Shown piece by piece: positions 26,686 through 36,284 of a DNA stretch of 39,862 bases (positions are counted from its first letter, which is position 1; each line of letters starts with the position of its first letter). Under the pieces are notes generated by a model. The model ran no database searches, had not been told where the DNA came from, and saw only the letters and a list, made by a program, of their open reading frames with translations. The stretch is taken from positions 1 to 39,862 of the forward strand of contig JBKJRJ010000302.1 of NCBI GenBank assembly GCA_046594705.1. The letters are read 5' to 3'. The position numbers and the translations under genes are program-made. Origin of the DNA: Vicinamibacterales bacterium (GTDB lineage Bacteria; Acidobacteriota; Vicinamibacteria; Vicinamibacterales; 2-12-FULL-66-21).

Positions 26686-28644
26686 CTATGGCACCGACAC
26701 GCGCACCCAGTCGATCGCGGCGGCCAGGGGCCGGACGTCGCCTCCCGCGCCCACGTCGATCGGGCGCTGCGCGTAGGCGAACCGCAGTTGCAGTTCGTTC
26801 ACGCCGGCCCGCCATGCCGATCGGTCCAGCGTGCATTCCACTGTCTGCCAGTCCGGCGTCACGGGCAGCACGGCGCACGCGGCGCCGTTGGCGGTGATGG
26901 CGACTGATTGGCCTGGCGACCCCGGGTAGGCGAACGCGTGGAGGCGCACCTGCACGCGGAGCATGGCCGCATGATCGAGAGGGATCCGCAGCGTGGCGGG
27001 CGAACCGGCCCACCGGTAGGTCACCGCTCCTTCGGTCTCGGGCGCGTGCCAGCCCTCGCCCATCAGCCAGTCGTCCTGGTTGCCCACGTCGACGCGGCCG
27101 TAGGGCTGCAGCGGATCGGCGAGGAAACGGTTGGTCGACAGCAGATCGTACTCGCCGGGCGACACGCCGTTGCGGAGCGCGAACACCAGGCTCGCCGGAT
27201 ACGTAAACGGGTTGCCGAACCAGCCGTGCGCCACGCGCGCCTGTGAGCCCCACGCGCGATCGAACGAGAGCGTCTCGCCAATGCGCACCGCGCCGCTCTG
27301 CGCCGCCCCCATCAGCGCGAGGTTCCACACGGCGATGGCGGCGAGCGCCACCGTCACGGCCGCGGTCGCGTGCCGGCGGACGATCGCGCCGGCGTACTGG
27401 ATGAACGCGGCCAGGCCGACCGAGAACATCGGGATCAACCCGTCGAACCGGCGTCCGCCGAAGCCGGCGCTGCCCCACCAGTCCTGGATGCACGCGTTGA
27501 AATAGATCATCACGAGCGTGGCCACGGCCATCGGCACGCCGACCGCTGGACGGACGATGGCGAACCCGATCAGGCCGATGGCGCCGAGATACAGGACCGG
27601 GGCGGTGCTGAAGAGCCCGTTGCGCGCTGACCAGAGAATGTCAGCCAGATGCGGATCGCTCCATCGGATCTGCGGCCCGACCGGTGATCGCGCGATCAGG
27701 GTGCCGTAGATCGCCTGCCAGGCCAGCATCTGCGGGAGGAAGCCCACCACCGTGCAGGCGAGAAATACCGCGCTCCCCGTGATCGCCTCGCGCAGCTCGC
27801 GCCCGCCCTGCTCGCGGCGGTGGCGCCAGAGCAGCTGCAGCGCATCGAGGCCAGGCAGCAGTGCGAACAGCAGGTTCTGCCAGCGGATGAGCGCCATCAG
27901 ACCGGCCAGCAGCCCGAGCGCTGCCCACCCACGCAGCCTCCGTTGACCGCGGGTCGCGGCCCACATCCACGTGAAGCCCGCGACGGCTGTCATCGACGTG
28001 GCGTGCGTCATGCTGGGTTCCTTGACGAGGTACCAGAGCATGAACGAGCCGGTCACCGTCAAGGCCACCGCTGGAGCGCTCAGCGATCCTGGAAAGAACA
28101 GCCGCGTCAGCCGGTAGGCAAACCAGCAGCCGAGCAGCCCGTAAAAGAGGCTGGCGACACACACCGCCTGGCGATAGGGGTACGACGTGCCGTCGGTCGC
28201 GACGTCGGCCCCCGACGCGCGCAGCCGAGTCGCGGCGAGGTGCCCGACGGCGAAGAACGGCGACCAGACGATGGCGGGGCCGATCGTCCACGCCGACTCC
28301 GCATGCCCGGTGGCGGTCGGCTGGAACAGGTAGGTTTTGTCCGCCAGGCCCAGCATCCGGTAGTCGTTCATGAAGTTCACATCGTGGTCGAACGCGAGGG
28401 ATCGCAGGTAGGCGAAGTAATAGAAGCCGTCGCTCTGCAGCCGGGCGCCGAGCTGCAGCTGTAGCGCCAGTCCAATCGTGAACAACGTCGTCAGCACCGC
28501 TCCCGCGCGATGACGGCGCAGTGCGACCAGGCAGATCACCGCCGCGACGACCGCCAGGGTGACGACCATCGCCACGGACGGCGTGGTCCCCAGCGCCAGC
28601 CTGAAGAGGGAACGCCTGGTGATCTCGCGCCACGCGAGCTCCAC
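26686..28644 (-). CDS. Polytopic membrane protein, GT-C-fold glycosyltransferase-like, with C-terminal extracytoplasmic beta-rich domain (start uncertain)
   Basis: This is the lower part of track ORF 26686..29913. Protein-like sequence begins about at ...ELAWREITRRSLFRLALG. It has multiple TM helices and a loop-1 motif (LQSDGFYYFAYLRSLAFDHDVNF), and it is a paralog of 36285..37673. The last ~200 aa are soluble (GEGWHAPETEGAVTYRWAGSPATLRIPLD...NELQLRFAYAQRP...IDWVRVSVP). Candidate starts are GTG 28644, GTG 28575, ATG 28569 and GTG 28539. Confidence 0.78.
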   Translation of the reverse strand: MELAWREITRRSLFRLALGTTPSVAMVVTLAVVAAVICLVALRRHRAGAVLTTLFTIGLALQLQLGARLQSDGFYYFAYLRSLAFDHDVNFMNDYRMLGLADKTYLFQPTATGHAESAWTIGPAIVWSPFFAVGHLAATRLRASGADVATDGTSYPYRQAVCVASLFYGLLGCWFAYRLTRLFFPGSLSAPAVALTVTGSFMLWYLVKEPSMTHATSMTAVAGFTWMWAATRGQRRLRGWAALGLLAGLMALIRWQNLLFALLPGLDALQLLWRHRREQGGRELREAITGSAVFLACTVVGFLPQMLAWQAIYGTLIARSPVGPQIRWSDPHLADILWSARNGLFSTAPVLYLGAIGLIGFAIVRPAVGVPMAVATLVMIYFNACIQDWWGSAGFGGRRFDGLIPMFSVGLAAFIQYAGAIVRRHATAAVTVALAAIAVWNLALMGAAQSGAVRIGETLSFDRAWGSQARVAHGWFGNPFTYPASLVFALRNGVSPGEYDLLSTNRFLADPLQPYGRVDVGNQDDWLMGEGWHAPETEGAVTYRWAGSPATLRIPLDHAAMLRVQVRLHAFAYPGSPGQSVAITANGAACAVLPVTPDWQTVECTLDRSAWRAGVNELQLRFAYAQRPIDVGAGGDVRPLAAAIDWVRVSVP

Positions 28645-28694
28645 CGCGGTCAGGGCCGCGACAGCCCAGGCGGCCCGGCCGATCGCGGTCTGAT

Positions 28695-30233
28695 TCAGGG
28701 CTTCACCTTGAGAATGATGAGCTCCGGCCCCGGATGGTCGCCGCTCGGCCTGAAGCGCGCCACTTCCTCGGTCTGCCGGAAGATCGCCTGGTACTCGGCG
28801 TACTCCTCGGGAAATCGCGCCGGCGCCTCGAAGTACGGGCCGTAACACTGCGATGACGCGACCAGGTACTGGATGCCGCTGCCGGCGTAGACGTCCATGC
28901 CGCCGAACCGCAGCTGCTTCACGTAGCTCGTCTTGTAGGTGGGCGGCAGCTTGATGGCGAGCGATCCTTCGAGCCTGATGTGTGAACCGGCCGGCACTTC
29001 CCGAAGGATCCAGTCGTAGGCCAGCCCCTGCGTCCACGTTTTCGCCGCGTCGGCGTCGTAGCGGATCGCACTGTAGGCCGGCGGCGCGATGGCGACGATC
29101 GTCAGTCCTACCGTGACGAGGTTGCGCCATCGCGGCGTCATCTGCATCCGGTGCATCGACGCGACGAGCCAGACGATGAAGGCCGCTGCGAGCAGCGACA
29201 GGAACGGGATGAGCGGCAGGAGGTAGCGGCCGTAGATGATGTTCTGGCCGGAGATGAACTTGAAATGCACGAGGGGGAAGATCGTGACCAGCGCCCATTT
29301 GAGGCGATCCGGCCCGACCAGGACGCGCACCAGCCCCGAGATCACACCGAGAAGCACGAGAATCGTTCCGGGCCATTGGAGGGCGATGCGCAGGTACTTG
29401 AGGTAGATGATCCAGATCGGCTCGTCCGTGATCGGGGGCGCCTTGTACTCGGAGGACAGGCGCGCGAACTGGTTGAGGAAATGGGGCAGGTCGAGGAAGG
29501 TGTAGGGCGCCGCGATGAAGAACGCCGCCAGCAAACCGGCGACGGTCCAGAGGGCGGCCATGGCCCGTGACGGGCGGAGCGAGGGGGTCATCGCGCACGC
29601 GGTCAGCGGCATCAGCACGGCGAGCACGGCGTTGTACTTGGTCGCCCCCGCCAGGCCCGCGGCCGCGCCCGCAAGCGCGAACGCTGTGAGCGTCGCCCGC
29701 TCGTTGGCGCGCAGCGACAGCAGGCACGTGAGCATGACCAGGAACGTGGCGGGCACGTCGGTCAGGACGTAGTGCGACTCGCGCACGTGCATCGGCATCA
29801 CCGCCAGCAGCACCGCGCCGAGGAGCGCGGTCTGCGCACCCCAGCGCAGTCCGATGCGGTAGACCAGCCAGACCGTGGCGGTCCCGAGCAGCGCCGTGAC
29901 GGCCCGTCCCCACAGGTAGAAGTCTGCCGTGTGCGCCTGGGCCAGCGCCGACCAGGTGCCGGCCATCGCGCCGGTGAGAAACCTCGCCACCGCCACCACC
30001 GCCTGGACGTACATATAGAGGGTGGGGTAGTCAAAGAAGTGCGGGTTGAGGTCGCCCGTCCTGATCATGCGGACGGCGCGTTCCATGATTTCCGGTTCGT
30101 CCACACCAGGGTTGAACCCGATCCCCTGCGACAGCGCCCAGAATCGCAGTAGGGCCGCGGCGACCAGGGCCAGCACGAGCCCGACGCGCGACAACGTGAG
30201 ATCGGCTGGCTCCCGCCACTCGGGTTTCTTCAT
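28695..30233 (-). CDS. Glycosyltransferase family 39/83-like (PMT_2 / ArnT-like GT-C membrane glycosyltransferase)
   Basis: 512 aa. The N-terminus (LSRVGLVLALVAAALLRFWALSQGIGFNPGVDEPEIMERAVRMIRTGDLNPHFFDYPTLYMY) carries the acidic loop-1 motif typical of ArnT/PMT-type enzymes. It has about 10 or more TM helices and a soluble C-terminal ~130 aa. Confidence 0.88.
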   Translation of the reverse strand: MKKPEWREPADLTLSRVGLVLALVAAALLRFWALSQGIGFNPGVDEPEIMERAVRMIRTGDLNPHFFDYPTLYMYVQAVVAVARFLTGAMAGTWSALAQAHTADFYLWGRAVTALLGTATVWLVYRIGLRWGAQTALLGAVLLAVMPMHVRESHYVLTDVPATFLVMLTCLLSLRANERATLTAFALAGAAAGLAGATKYNAVLAVLMPLTACAMTPSLRPSRAMAALWTVAGLLAAFFIAAPYTFLDLPHFLNQFARLSSEYKAPPITDEPIWIIYLKYLRIALQWPGTILVLLGVISGLVRVLVGPDRLKWALVTIFPLVHFKFISGQNIIYGRYLLPLIPFLSLLAAAFIVWLVASMHRMQMTPRWRNLVTVGLTIVAIAPPAYSAIRYDADAAKTWTQGLAYDWILREVPAGSHIRLEGSLAIKLPPTYKTSYVKQLRFGGMDVYAGSGIQYLVASSQCYGPYFEAPARFPEEYAEYQAIFRQTEEVARFRPSGDHPGPELIILKVKP

Positions 30234-30252
30234 GGATCTCTGCAGCGGAAGT

Positions 30253-31494
30253 TTATCCGAGCAGCGCTCGATATAGCGCGACCGTGGCGTCCCCCGCGGC
30301 GGCCCACGAGAAGTCCCGTTCGACGATGACGCGGCCGGCGAGTCCGTAATGCACCAGCCTGGCGGGATCGCTGAGCGCGCCGCTGATGGCCGCCGCGAGC
30401 CCGGACGTGTCGCCGGGCGCGACCAGCCAGCCGTTCTGGCCCGGCCGTACCTTGTCGGGAATCCCGCCGGCCGCCGATGCCACCACGGGGCGCCGGTGTG
30501 CCATGGCCTCGAGCGTCACCAATGAGCTGCCTTCGTAGAGGGTGGGGTGCACGAAGAGCGTCGAGAGCTCGTGCCAGGCGTGCATCTCGTGATCCGGCAC
30601 CCGTCCGAGGAAGTGTACGTGCTTCTCGAGGCCAAGCTGCTCGACGAGCAGCTCGAGCATCGGGCGGTATGGTCCATCACCGAGCGCCACCCATCGCCAG
30701 GCCCGGCCTTCGAGCGCGCCGTGCTCGCGCACGGCCGCCAGGGCGCGGAGCAGGACGTGAAAGCCCTTGCTGGCTTCGAGCCGCCCGACACTGAGGAGAA
30801 TCCGTTCCCCAAGCCCGATGGCGTGCTGCCACCGCAGCTCGCCCAACATGGACGGATCGGTCAGCGCGTCCACCTCGTGCAGATCGAGCGCATTCGGGAT
30901 CGTCCACATCTTCTCGCGCGGGATGCCGAGATGCCGCAGGACCACCGGCTCGAGCGACCGGTCGGTGGCGATCACCGCGTCGGCCGCGGCGGCGCAGATG
31001 AGCACCGACTTGCGCAGCGGCAGGTAGGCGGCGCGCTTCAGCGGCGCGCGCGACGGATCGGTGGCGCCGAACTCTTCCAGCCCCTGCGGATTCATGACGA
31101 GCGGCGCCGGCGCGCGTCCCCTGGCGCGGGCCCGCGCGTAGCCAAGCACGCTGGCCCCCAGGCCATGGACGATGTCGGCCCTGCCGTCGCGTGCGAGCTC
31201 CAGCGCGCGGCGTCCGGCGCGCAGGCCGAAGATCGGGTACGCCGTGCTGCGATCGAGCACGGTGGTACCGCGACGGCCGGCGCCGGGGAAGGTGCGGTAG
31301 GGTACGAACTCGGCGCGCACTGCTGGGTCGATCGACGAGGGTGACCAGACGTGCCCGCCGGTGGGCGGCTGCGTGATCAAGGTGACCTCCACGTCGCGCG
31401 CCACCAGCGCCCGCGCGAGATCGTAGACATGGCGCTCCAGGCCGCCGTAGCCGTGCAGCGGGAACACCGAGCGGGCCACCAGCGCGACTTTCAC
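30253..31494 (-). CDS. Glycosyltransferase family 4 (GT-B, retaining type)
   Basis: 413 aa. The N-terminus is MKVALVARSVFPLHGYGGLERHVYDLARAL. E-x7-E region: HPTLYEGSSLVTLEAMAHRRPVVASAAGGIPD. Confidence 0.9.
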   Translation of the reverse strand: MKVALVARSVFPLHGYGGLERHVYDLARALVARDVEVTLITQPPTGGHVWSPSSIDPAVRAEFVPYRTFPGAGRRGTTVLDRSTAYPIFGLRAGRRALELARDGRADIVHGLGASVLGYARARARGRAPAPLVMNPQGLEEFGATDPSRAPLKRAAYLPLRKSVLICAAAADAVIATDRSLEPVVLRHLGIPREKMWTIPNALDLHEVDALTDPSMLGELRWQHAIGLGERILLSVGRLEASKGFHVLLRALAAVREHGALEGRAWRWVALGDGPYRPMLELLVEQLGLEKHVHFLGRVPDHEMHAWHELSTLFVHPTLYEGSSLVTLEAMAHRRPVVASAAGGIPDKVRPGQNGWLVAPGDTSGLAAAISGALSDPARLVHYGLAGRVIVERDFSWAAAGDATVALYRALLG

Positions 31495-32747
31495 GGCCGC
31501 CGTTTCTCCAGCAAGTCCAGGTAGAGGCGCTCGACGCGCGCCACCACCGCCGGGGCATCGAACTGGCGCGCCATCTTCATCGTCGCCGCCTGCCCAAGAC
31601 GCTGGCGCAGCGCCGGATCGTGACGCAGCCGGCGCACATCGGCCGCGAGCGCGGCGGGGGTCGTCGACAGCAGCCCGGTGACGTCGTGTTCCACGATGTC
31701 GCGGGTGCCGCCGGTGTCCATGGCGGCAATCGGTACGCCGAGCGCGCTCGCTTCGAGCAGTACACGGCTCAGCGATTCAGGCCCGCGCGACGGGAAGATC
31801 AGCATCGACGCACGCGCCAGCAGAGCGGTCGCCGTATTCTTGTCGAGCCAACCGCGGAACTCGATCTGGCGGCCGGACGCTGTGGCCTCGCGCTCGAGGT
31901 CCTCGCGGTCTGGGCCGTCGCCGGCGATCACCAGCGGCCAGTCGAGCTCGGCCTGACGGACCACATCGACCAGGTACTGCGTGCCTTTGTTGGGCGCGAG
32001 CTTGCCGAGATACACCGCGAAAGGCGGCGCCGCCTCGTCCCGGCTCCCTGCCGTCCGCAACGCGTCGAGATTCACCGCGTTGGGAATGACCTCCATCCGC
32101 GTCTGCGATAAGTCCGGCGCGCGCTGCAGCAGGTCGGCCGCGATGCGGCGGCTCACCGCAATCACGGCGTCGGCCGCGGCCAGTCCCTCGCGTTTGGCGG
32201 CGAGGTTCGCGCGCATGTAAGGAATCAGCGGCAGCGCCAGCGGCCACGCGGCCCCCGCACGCGGCCGGATGCAGATCTGCATGTTCCCGACGGTACACGC
32301 CGGACAGAGCGCCAGTCCTTCGCGCGTGCGGAGCAGGTCGGACCAGTAGCAGACCGGCCAGTAGTCCCGAACGGTCGCGACGACCGGCACCCCCCAGTCG
32401 CGCGCGGCATCGATCGCGGGAAGGATCGTCATGACATGCTGCGCGTGAACGATATCGTAACCGCCGGTCCGCAGACGGGTCCGGAGATCCTGTCCCAGCG
32501 ACCGCCGGAGCTTCTCGCTCTTGTAGTAGTTGCGGACGAAGGGGACGTTGGGAGCGGGCGCGCCGAACAGGTGAACGCGAAAGCCGTCGTACTCGGTGTC
32601 GATCACGCCGGCCGGTGTCCCGGGCAGCGGCTGAACGATGGTCACGTCGTGACCGCGAGCCCTGAGGCCGCGGGCCAGCTCGTAGGTGCTCCACCCGCTA
32701 CCACCGCAGACAGGCGGGAACGCGTCGGTCGGGATGAGGATTCTCAT
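31491..32747 (-). CDS. Glycosyltransferase family 4 (GT-B) with Cys-rich insert
   Basis: 418 aa. MRILIPTDAFPPVCGGSGWSTYELARGLRARGHDV, then FPSRGPESLSRVLLEASALGVPIAAMDTGGTRD. The Cys cluster is PVCYWSD...LCPACTVGNMQIC. A GTGA overlap joins it to the next gene. Confidence 0.9.
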   Translation of the reverse strand: MRILIPTDAFPPVCGGSGWSTYELARGLRARGHDVTIVQPLPGTPAGVIDTEYDGFRVHLFGAPAPNVPFVRNYYKSEKLRRSLGQDLRTRLRTGGYDIVHAQHVMTILPAIDAARDWGVPVVATVRDYWPVCYWSDLLRTREGLALCPACTVGNMQICIRPRAGAAWPLALPLIPYMRANLAAKREGLAAADAVIAVSRRIAADLLQRAPDLSQTRMEVIPNAVNLDALRTAGSRDEAAPPFAVYLGKLAPNKGTQYLVDVVRQAELDWPLVIAGDGPDREDLEREATASGRQIEFRGWLDKNTATALLARASMLIFPSRGPESLSRVLLEASALGVPIAAMDTGGTRDIVEHDVTGLLSTTPAALAADVRRLRHDPALRQRLGQAATMKMARQFDAPAVVARVERLYLDLLEKRRP

Positions 32748-33913
32748 CCCCCGGCCGTGTCCCTGCGCGCCTGCGCCTGTCGTATCGCCTCGTCCAGCGC
32801 CCGGCAGTGTGCCGCCCAGCTGTAATCTTTGACCGCGCGCTCGCGTGCCGCGGCGCCGAGGGTGCGCCGCAGCTGAACGTCCGTGAGTTGTATCAGCGCG
32901 CCGGCCAACGCTTCCGCCTGCGCGGGACCGCTGTAGAGAATACCCTCGCGCCCATGGCTGACCAGCGACGGGATGCGATCGACCGCCGGGGCGACGACTG
33001 GCAGGCCGGCCGCCATGTACTCGAACAGTTTGAGCGGCGACCAGTAGAACCCCAGCGACAGCGGCGCGTGTGCGCTGATGTCGAACGGCGCCACGCCGAT
33101 GTCGGCCGCGGTCAGCGCCGCCGGCATCCGGTCGTGCGGGAGCGCGCCGGTGAAGACGATGGTGTCGATGCCGTCGGCGGCCTGGCGCACGCGCGGCAGT
33201 TCCGAGCCGTCACCCACGAAAACGGCGCCGATCTCCCGTTCGCCTCGCGCCCGCAGGATCCTGATGGCCTCCACCAAGTTGATGGCGCCGTGCCAGGAGC
33301 GAAACGCTCCGGCGAAGATGGCGACCGTCGCCACCGCGGGTCTCGCGTAAGGCGGCGGGCCCGGCACCCCCGGGGCGAAACGTCCGGTATCGGCGCCCCA
33401 CTCGAGCACGCGAATCCGCTCCGCCGGGATCCCGGGCGGCAGGATCGCCGCGTTGGGGGTGACGATGAGATCGGCGAGTGAGCAGAGGCGCTCGCGCCAC
33501 CGGCGCATCGGCTGGACGAGCAACGCACGGTCGAGTAGCGCCTTGGACGACCCGGCGTGATCGACGACCGGCGCGTTGACCTCGAGGACCGCCACCGCGT
33601 TCAGGCCCTGGGCCAGTGTCAGGGCCTCCCCCCCGAAGTTGTGGTACCGCTCGATGATGGCGTCGGGCCGGATGCCCCGCGCCAGCTCTGCGATCGCGCC
33701 GCACCGCGCCATGCGCAAATGGCTCGATCCGAATGGCGGCGGCAGCGGCACCCACCGAACGGCTGACGGGTTGGGCTGTCCAGTACCCGGCGTCACGAGC
33801 GCCGTCACCTCGTGTCCGAGCGCCGCCAGCCCTTCCGCCACCGCCGCCACGTGCACCGATCCCCCCTTGGTCCCCGGGACGGTCTGATCGATGGCGGAGT
33901 AGAGGATCCTCAC
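32744..33913 (-). CDS. Glycosyltransferase family 4 (GT-B)
   Basis: 389 aa. MRILYSAIDQTVPGTKGGSVHVAAVAEGLAALGHEV, then SPLKLFEYMAAGLPVVAPAVDRIPS. An ATGA overlap joins it to the next gene. Confidence 0.9.
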   Translation of the reverse strand: MRILYSAIDQTVPGTKGGSVHVAAVAEGLAALGHEVTALVTPGTGQPNPSAVRWVPLPPPFGSSHLRMARCGAIAELARGIRPDAIIERYHNFGGEALTLAQGLNAVAVLEVNAPVVDHAGSSKALLDRALLVQPMRRWRERLCSLADLIVTPNAAILPPGIPAERIRVLEWGADTGRFAPGVPGPPPYARPAVATVAIFAGAFRSWHGAINLVEAIRILRARGEREIGAVFVGDGSELPRVRQAADGIDTIVFTGALPHDRMPAALTAADIGVAPFDISAHAPLSLGFYWSPLKLFEYMAAGLPVVAPAVDRIPSLVSHGREGILYSGPAQAEALAGALIQLTDVQLRRTLGAAARERAVKDYSWAAHCRALDEAIRQAQARRDTAGG

Positions 33914-35013
33914 GGCTTGAAGGTGGCAGGCTGGAGGCTGGATCGCTCGACTCTCTCCAGCAGTGCGAAGAACGGTCCCGACTCCACGTGCCCGAAGAAG
34001 AAGAGGTCCAGCTTCATCGCGGCGCTCAGCGCACCGAGCAGCGCGCGGGTCGCTCGACTCTCGGCGATACGCTGTTTCCCCTCAGCCCTGGCGATCTTGA
34101 GGGCTTCTTCGTCCGTCATGGCGGCGCCGGCCTCGCCGAAGCGCTCGCCTTTCGTCGATGCGCGAAGGCGGGCGCGCTTCGCCATCTGCCGTTCGGCCAT
34201 CCGCATCAGGATGTTTTCGACGAATCCGCCGACCAGCGGGGTGTAGTAGCGGATCCGCTTGATGCGGAAGCCGGTCTCGGCGGCGACCCGGCGCAGCTCC
34301 GGGATGTCGGCGAGCGGGTTCAGGTGATCCGACTTGCGCAGGCGCTCCTGGCGCATGTCGATCAGCCCCAGCCGCTCCAGTTGCCGCGCCAGCGCGTTGA
34401 TCCAGCGCAAGCCGACGGCGATGGGCGCGTTCTTCCGCACGTGGGTGTAGACGAACAGTCCGCCCCCTGGCGCGATCACGCGGGCGGCTTCGGCGAGCAT
34501 GCCGCGGAGCGCGTCAGGCGACAGGTGCTCGAGTACGTCGAGCGAGTAGCCCTTGGTGAACGTGGCGTCCGCAAAGGGCAGCCGGCGCAGGTCTCCGAGC
34601 AGCAGGTCGATCTGCTGCCGGGACTCGTGCGCGAAGAACGGGCTGATGTCGATGCCGACCGCCTCGGCGTGCCAGTCCTGGTTCCACAGCAGCGCGCGGC
34701 CGCTGCCACAGCCGAGATCGATCACGCGATCCGAGGGACCGGGTGCCAGAAACTCCCGCAGCATGTCGTTGCGGATCTTCGAGCCGAGGAGCGGCGGCGA
34801 CACGCGCTCGTGCCGCGCGTCCGCGTGCAGCGCCTCGTCTAGGTATTTGGTCCGCTCCTCGAAGGTCTCGTGGGGCCGCAGGTCCAGGAAGTCGGACGAG
34901 GGGCCACCATAGTGTTTGCCGCAGCCGCGGCAGGTGAGCGCTGCCGGCGCACCCGCGAGGGTGCCATGGCAGGCCGGGCAGCGCACGAGGGCGAGCAGGC
35001 GCGGGGAAATCAC
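33910..35013 (-). CDS. Class I SAM-dependent methyltransferase with N-terminal Trm112-like zinc ribbon and long C-terminal extension
   Basis: 367 aa. The Zn ribbon is LVRCPACHGTL...LTCRGCGKHY. The SAM motif is VIDLGCGSGRALL...DLRRLPFADATFTKGYSLDVLEHL...APGGGLFVYTH. The C-terminal ~120 aa are charged/helical and end in a hydrophobic stretch (LLGALSAAMKLDLFFFG). GTGA overlaps occur on both sides. Confidence 0.88.
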   Translation of the reverse strand: MISPRLLALVRCPACHGTLAGAPAALTCRGCGKHYGGPSSDFLDLRPHETFEERTKYLDEALHADARHERVSPPLLGSKIRNDMLREFLAPGPSDRVIDLGCGSGRALLWNQDWHAEAVGIDISPFFAHESRQQIDLLLGDLRRLPFADATFTKGYSLDVLEHLSPDALRGMLAEAARVIAPGGGLFVYTHVRKNAPIAVGLRWINALARQLERLGLIDMRQERLRKSDHLNPLADIPELRRVAAETGFRIKRIRYYTPLVGGFVENILMRMAERQMAKRARLRASTKGERFGEAGAAMTDEEALKIARAEGKQRIAESRATRALLGALSAAMKLDLFFFGHVESGPFFALLERVERSSLQPATFKP

Positions 35014-36215
35014 CGGCGCCCCACGACTTCGGCAAACAGCGACTCCAGCCGCTCCGCGCGCCGCGCCCAGGTGAACTCGCTGACGTCCTGCATCGCCTGC
35101 CCCGCCAGCCGATCGCCGAGTCCCGCCTCGTCCCTGATCCGCGCGATCCCGGCGGTCAGTGTCTGCGGGTTGCCGGGCTCGACGAGCAGCGCGTTCTCCC
35201 CGTCGCGCAGCACTTCGCGCAGCGAGGGCAGATTGCTCGCCACGATCGGGCGTCCCGACGTCATGTATTCAAAGAGCTTGAGCGGCGAGGTGAATGTGCT
35301 GGAGATGGCGGAGGCGGGGTTGGGCAGCGCCAGCACGTCGGCCTCGCGCAGGCGGGCCGCGACCGCGGCCGGCGGAATCAGCCCGGTGAACGTCACGCGG
35401 AGCGCGCAATTCAGCGATTCCGCGAACGCCTTCACGCGCGCGAGGTCCGGCTCCTTGTCATGCCCTCCGATGATCAACCCCTGCGTATCGGGCAGCGCCG
35501 CCACTGCCTCGATGACGAGGTCGACCCCTTTCCACGGATAGAGATGGCCCGCATAGCCGATGGTGAACGGGCGGTCACCGTCCGCTCGACGCGCGCGGTC
35601 CTCCTCCGCCATGCGGTCCGGGTCCGGCGGCCTCGCGCCGTCGGGCACCACCGCCAGGCGCGGCCGCGCGCCCAGCCGCTGCTCCAGGGCCTGCCGCAAT
35701 CCGTCGGTAATCGTGACATACCCGTCCGCGCCGCTCCAGACGTGTCCCTCGCGCCGCGCCAGTCGTCGTCGTTTCGCCGGGGACGCGGGGGGCGCCCCAG
35801 TGAGCAGTCCGGGCAGGGCGGCCGCGATCTCCTCGGCGATTCCGTGCGCCTCGTAGATCACTGGCGGCCGTAGCGCGGCGGGCAAGCGGAGTAGCAGCGA
35901 CGCCAGCCCGAGATCGCGGGTGAACACGAAGTCCTGCCGCCCGCGCCCCATGGAGCGGCCGATGGCGAAGGTCAGGTATCCGACCCGGCGCGACAACGCC
36001 GGCCCGGTAATCGGCGCGATCTCGACCTGCAGCCCGGGGATGCGCGGCACGCCGTAGAAGACAAAGGGATCGCGGGCCGGCGTGTGCGAGTCGGGACGCA
36101 CCGCCAGCGTGACCTGATGGCCGCGCGACGCGAGGGCGTGGCACGTCGCCATCGACTGGATGCCGTTGGCGCGCTCCAGCGGGAAGCGAATGTCGGCGAG
36201 ATACAGGATTCTCAC
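35010..36215 (-). CDS. Glycosyltransferase family 4 (GT-B)
   Basis: 401 aa. RILYLADIRFPLERANGIQSMATCHALASRGHQV, then SPLKLFEYMTSGRPIVASNLPSLRE. Confidence 0.9.
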   Translation of the reverse strand: MRILYLADIRFPLERANGIQSMATCHALASRGHQVTLAVRPDSHTPARDPFVFYGVPRIPGLQVEIAPITGPALSRRVGYLTFAIGRSMGRGRQDFVFTRDLGLASLLLRLPAALRPPVIYEAHGIAEEIAAALPGLLTGAPPASPAKRRRLARREGHVWSGADGYVTITDGLRQALEQRLGARPRLAVVPDGARPPDPDRMAEEDRARRADGDRPFTIGYAGHLYPWKGVDLVIEAVAALPDTQGLIIGGHDKEPDLARVKAFAESLNCALRVTFTGLIPPAAVAARLREADVLALPNPASAISSTFTSPLKLFEYMTSGRPIVASNLPSLREVLRDGENALLVEPGNPQTLTAGIARIRDEAGLGDRLAGQAMQDVSEFTWARRAERLESLFAEVVGRR

Positions 36216-36284
36216 AGGGTCACGGTCAATGGAGGGTCGATCGTTGTGATCTTAGTGGACTTTGTGCCGAGGCCGTTGGCCCCT

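Noticed and set aside
28645-29913. N-terminal ~420 aa of the 1075-aa track ORF 26686..29913
   Set aside because: This part overlaps the well-supported GT39-like gene in another frame and is Arg/Ala/Gly-rich (MGTGRHGAARDRHGLAG...). Protein-like, TM-rich sequence begins only near 28644, so I truncated the call.
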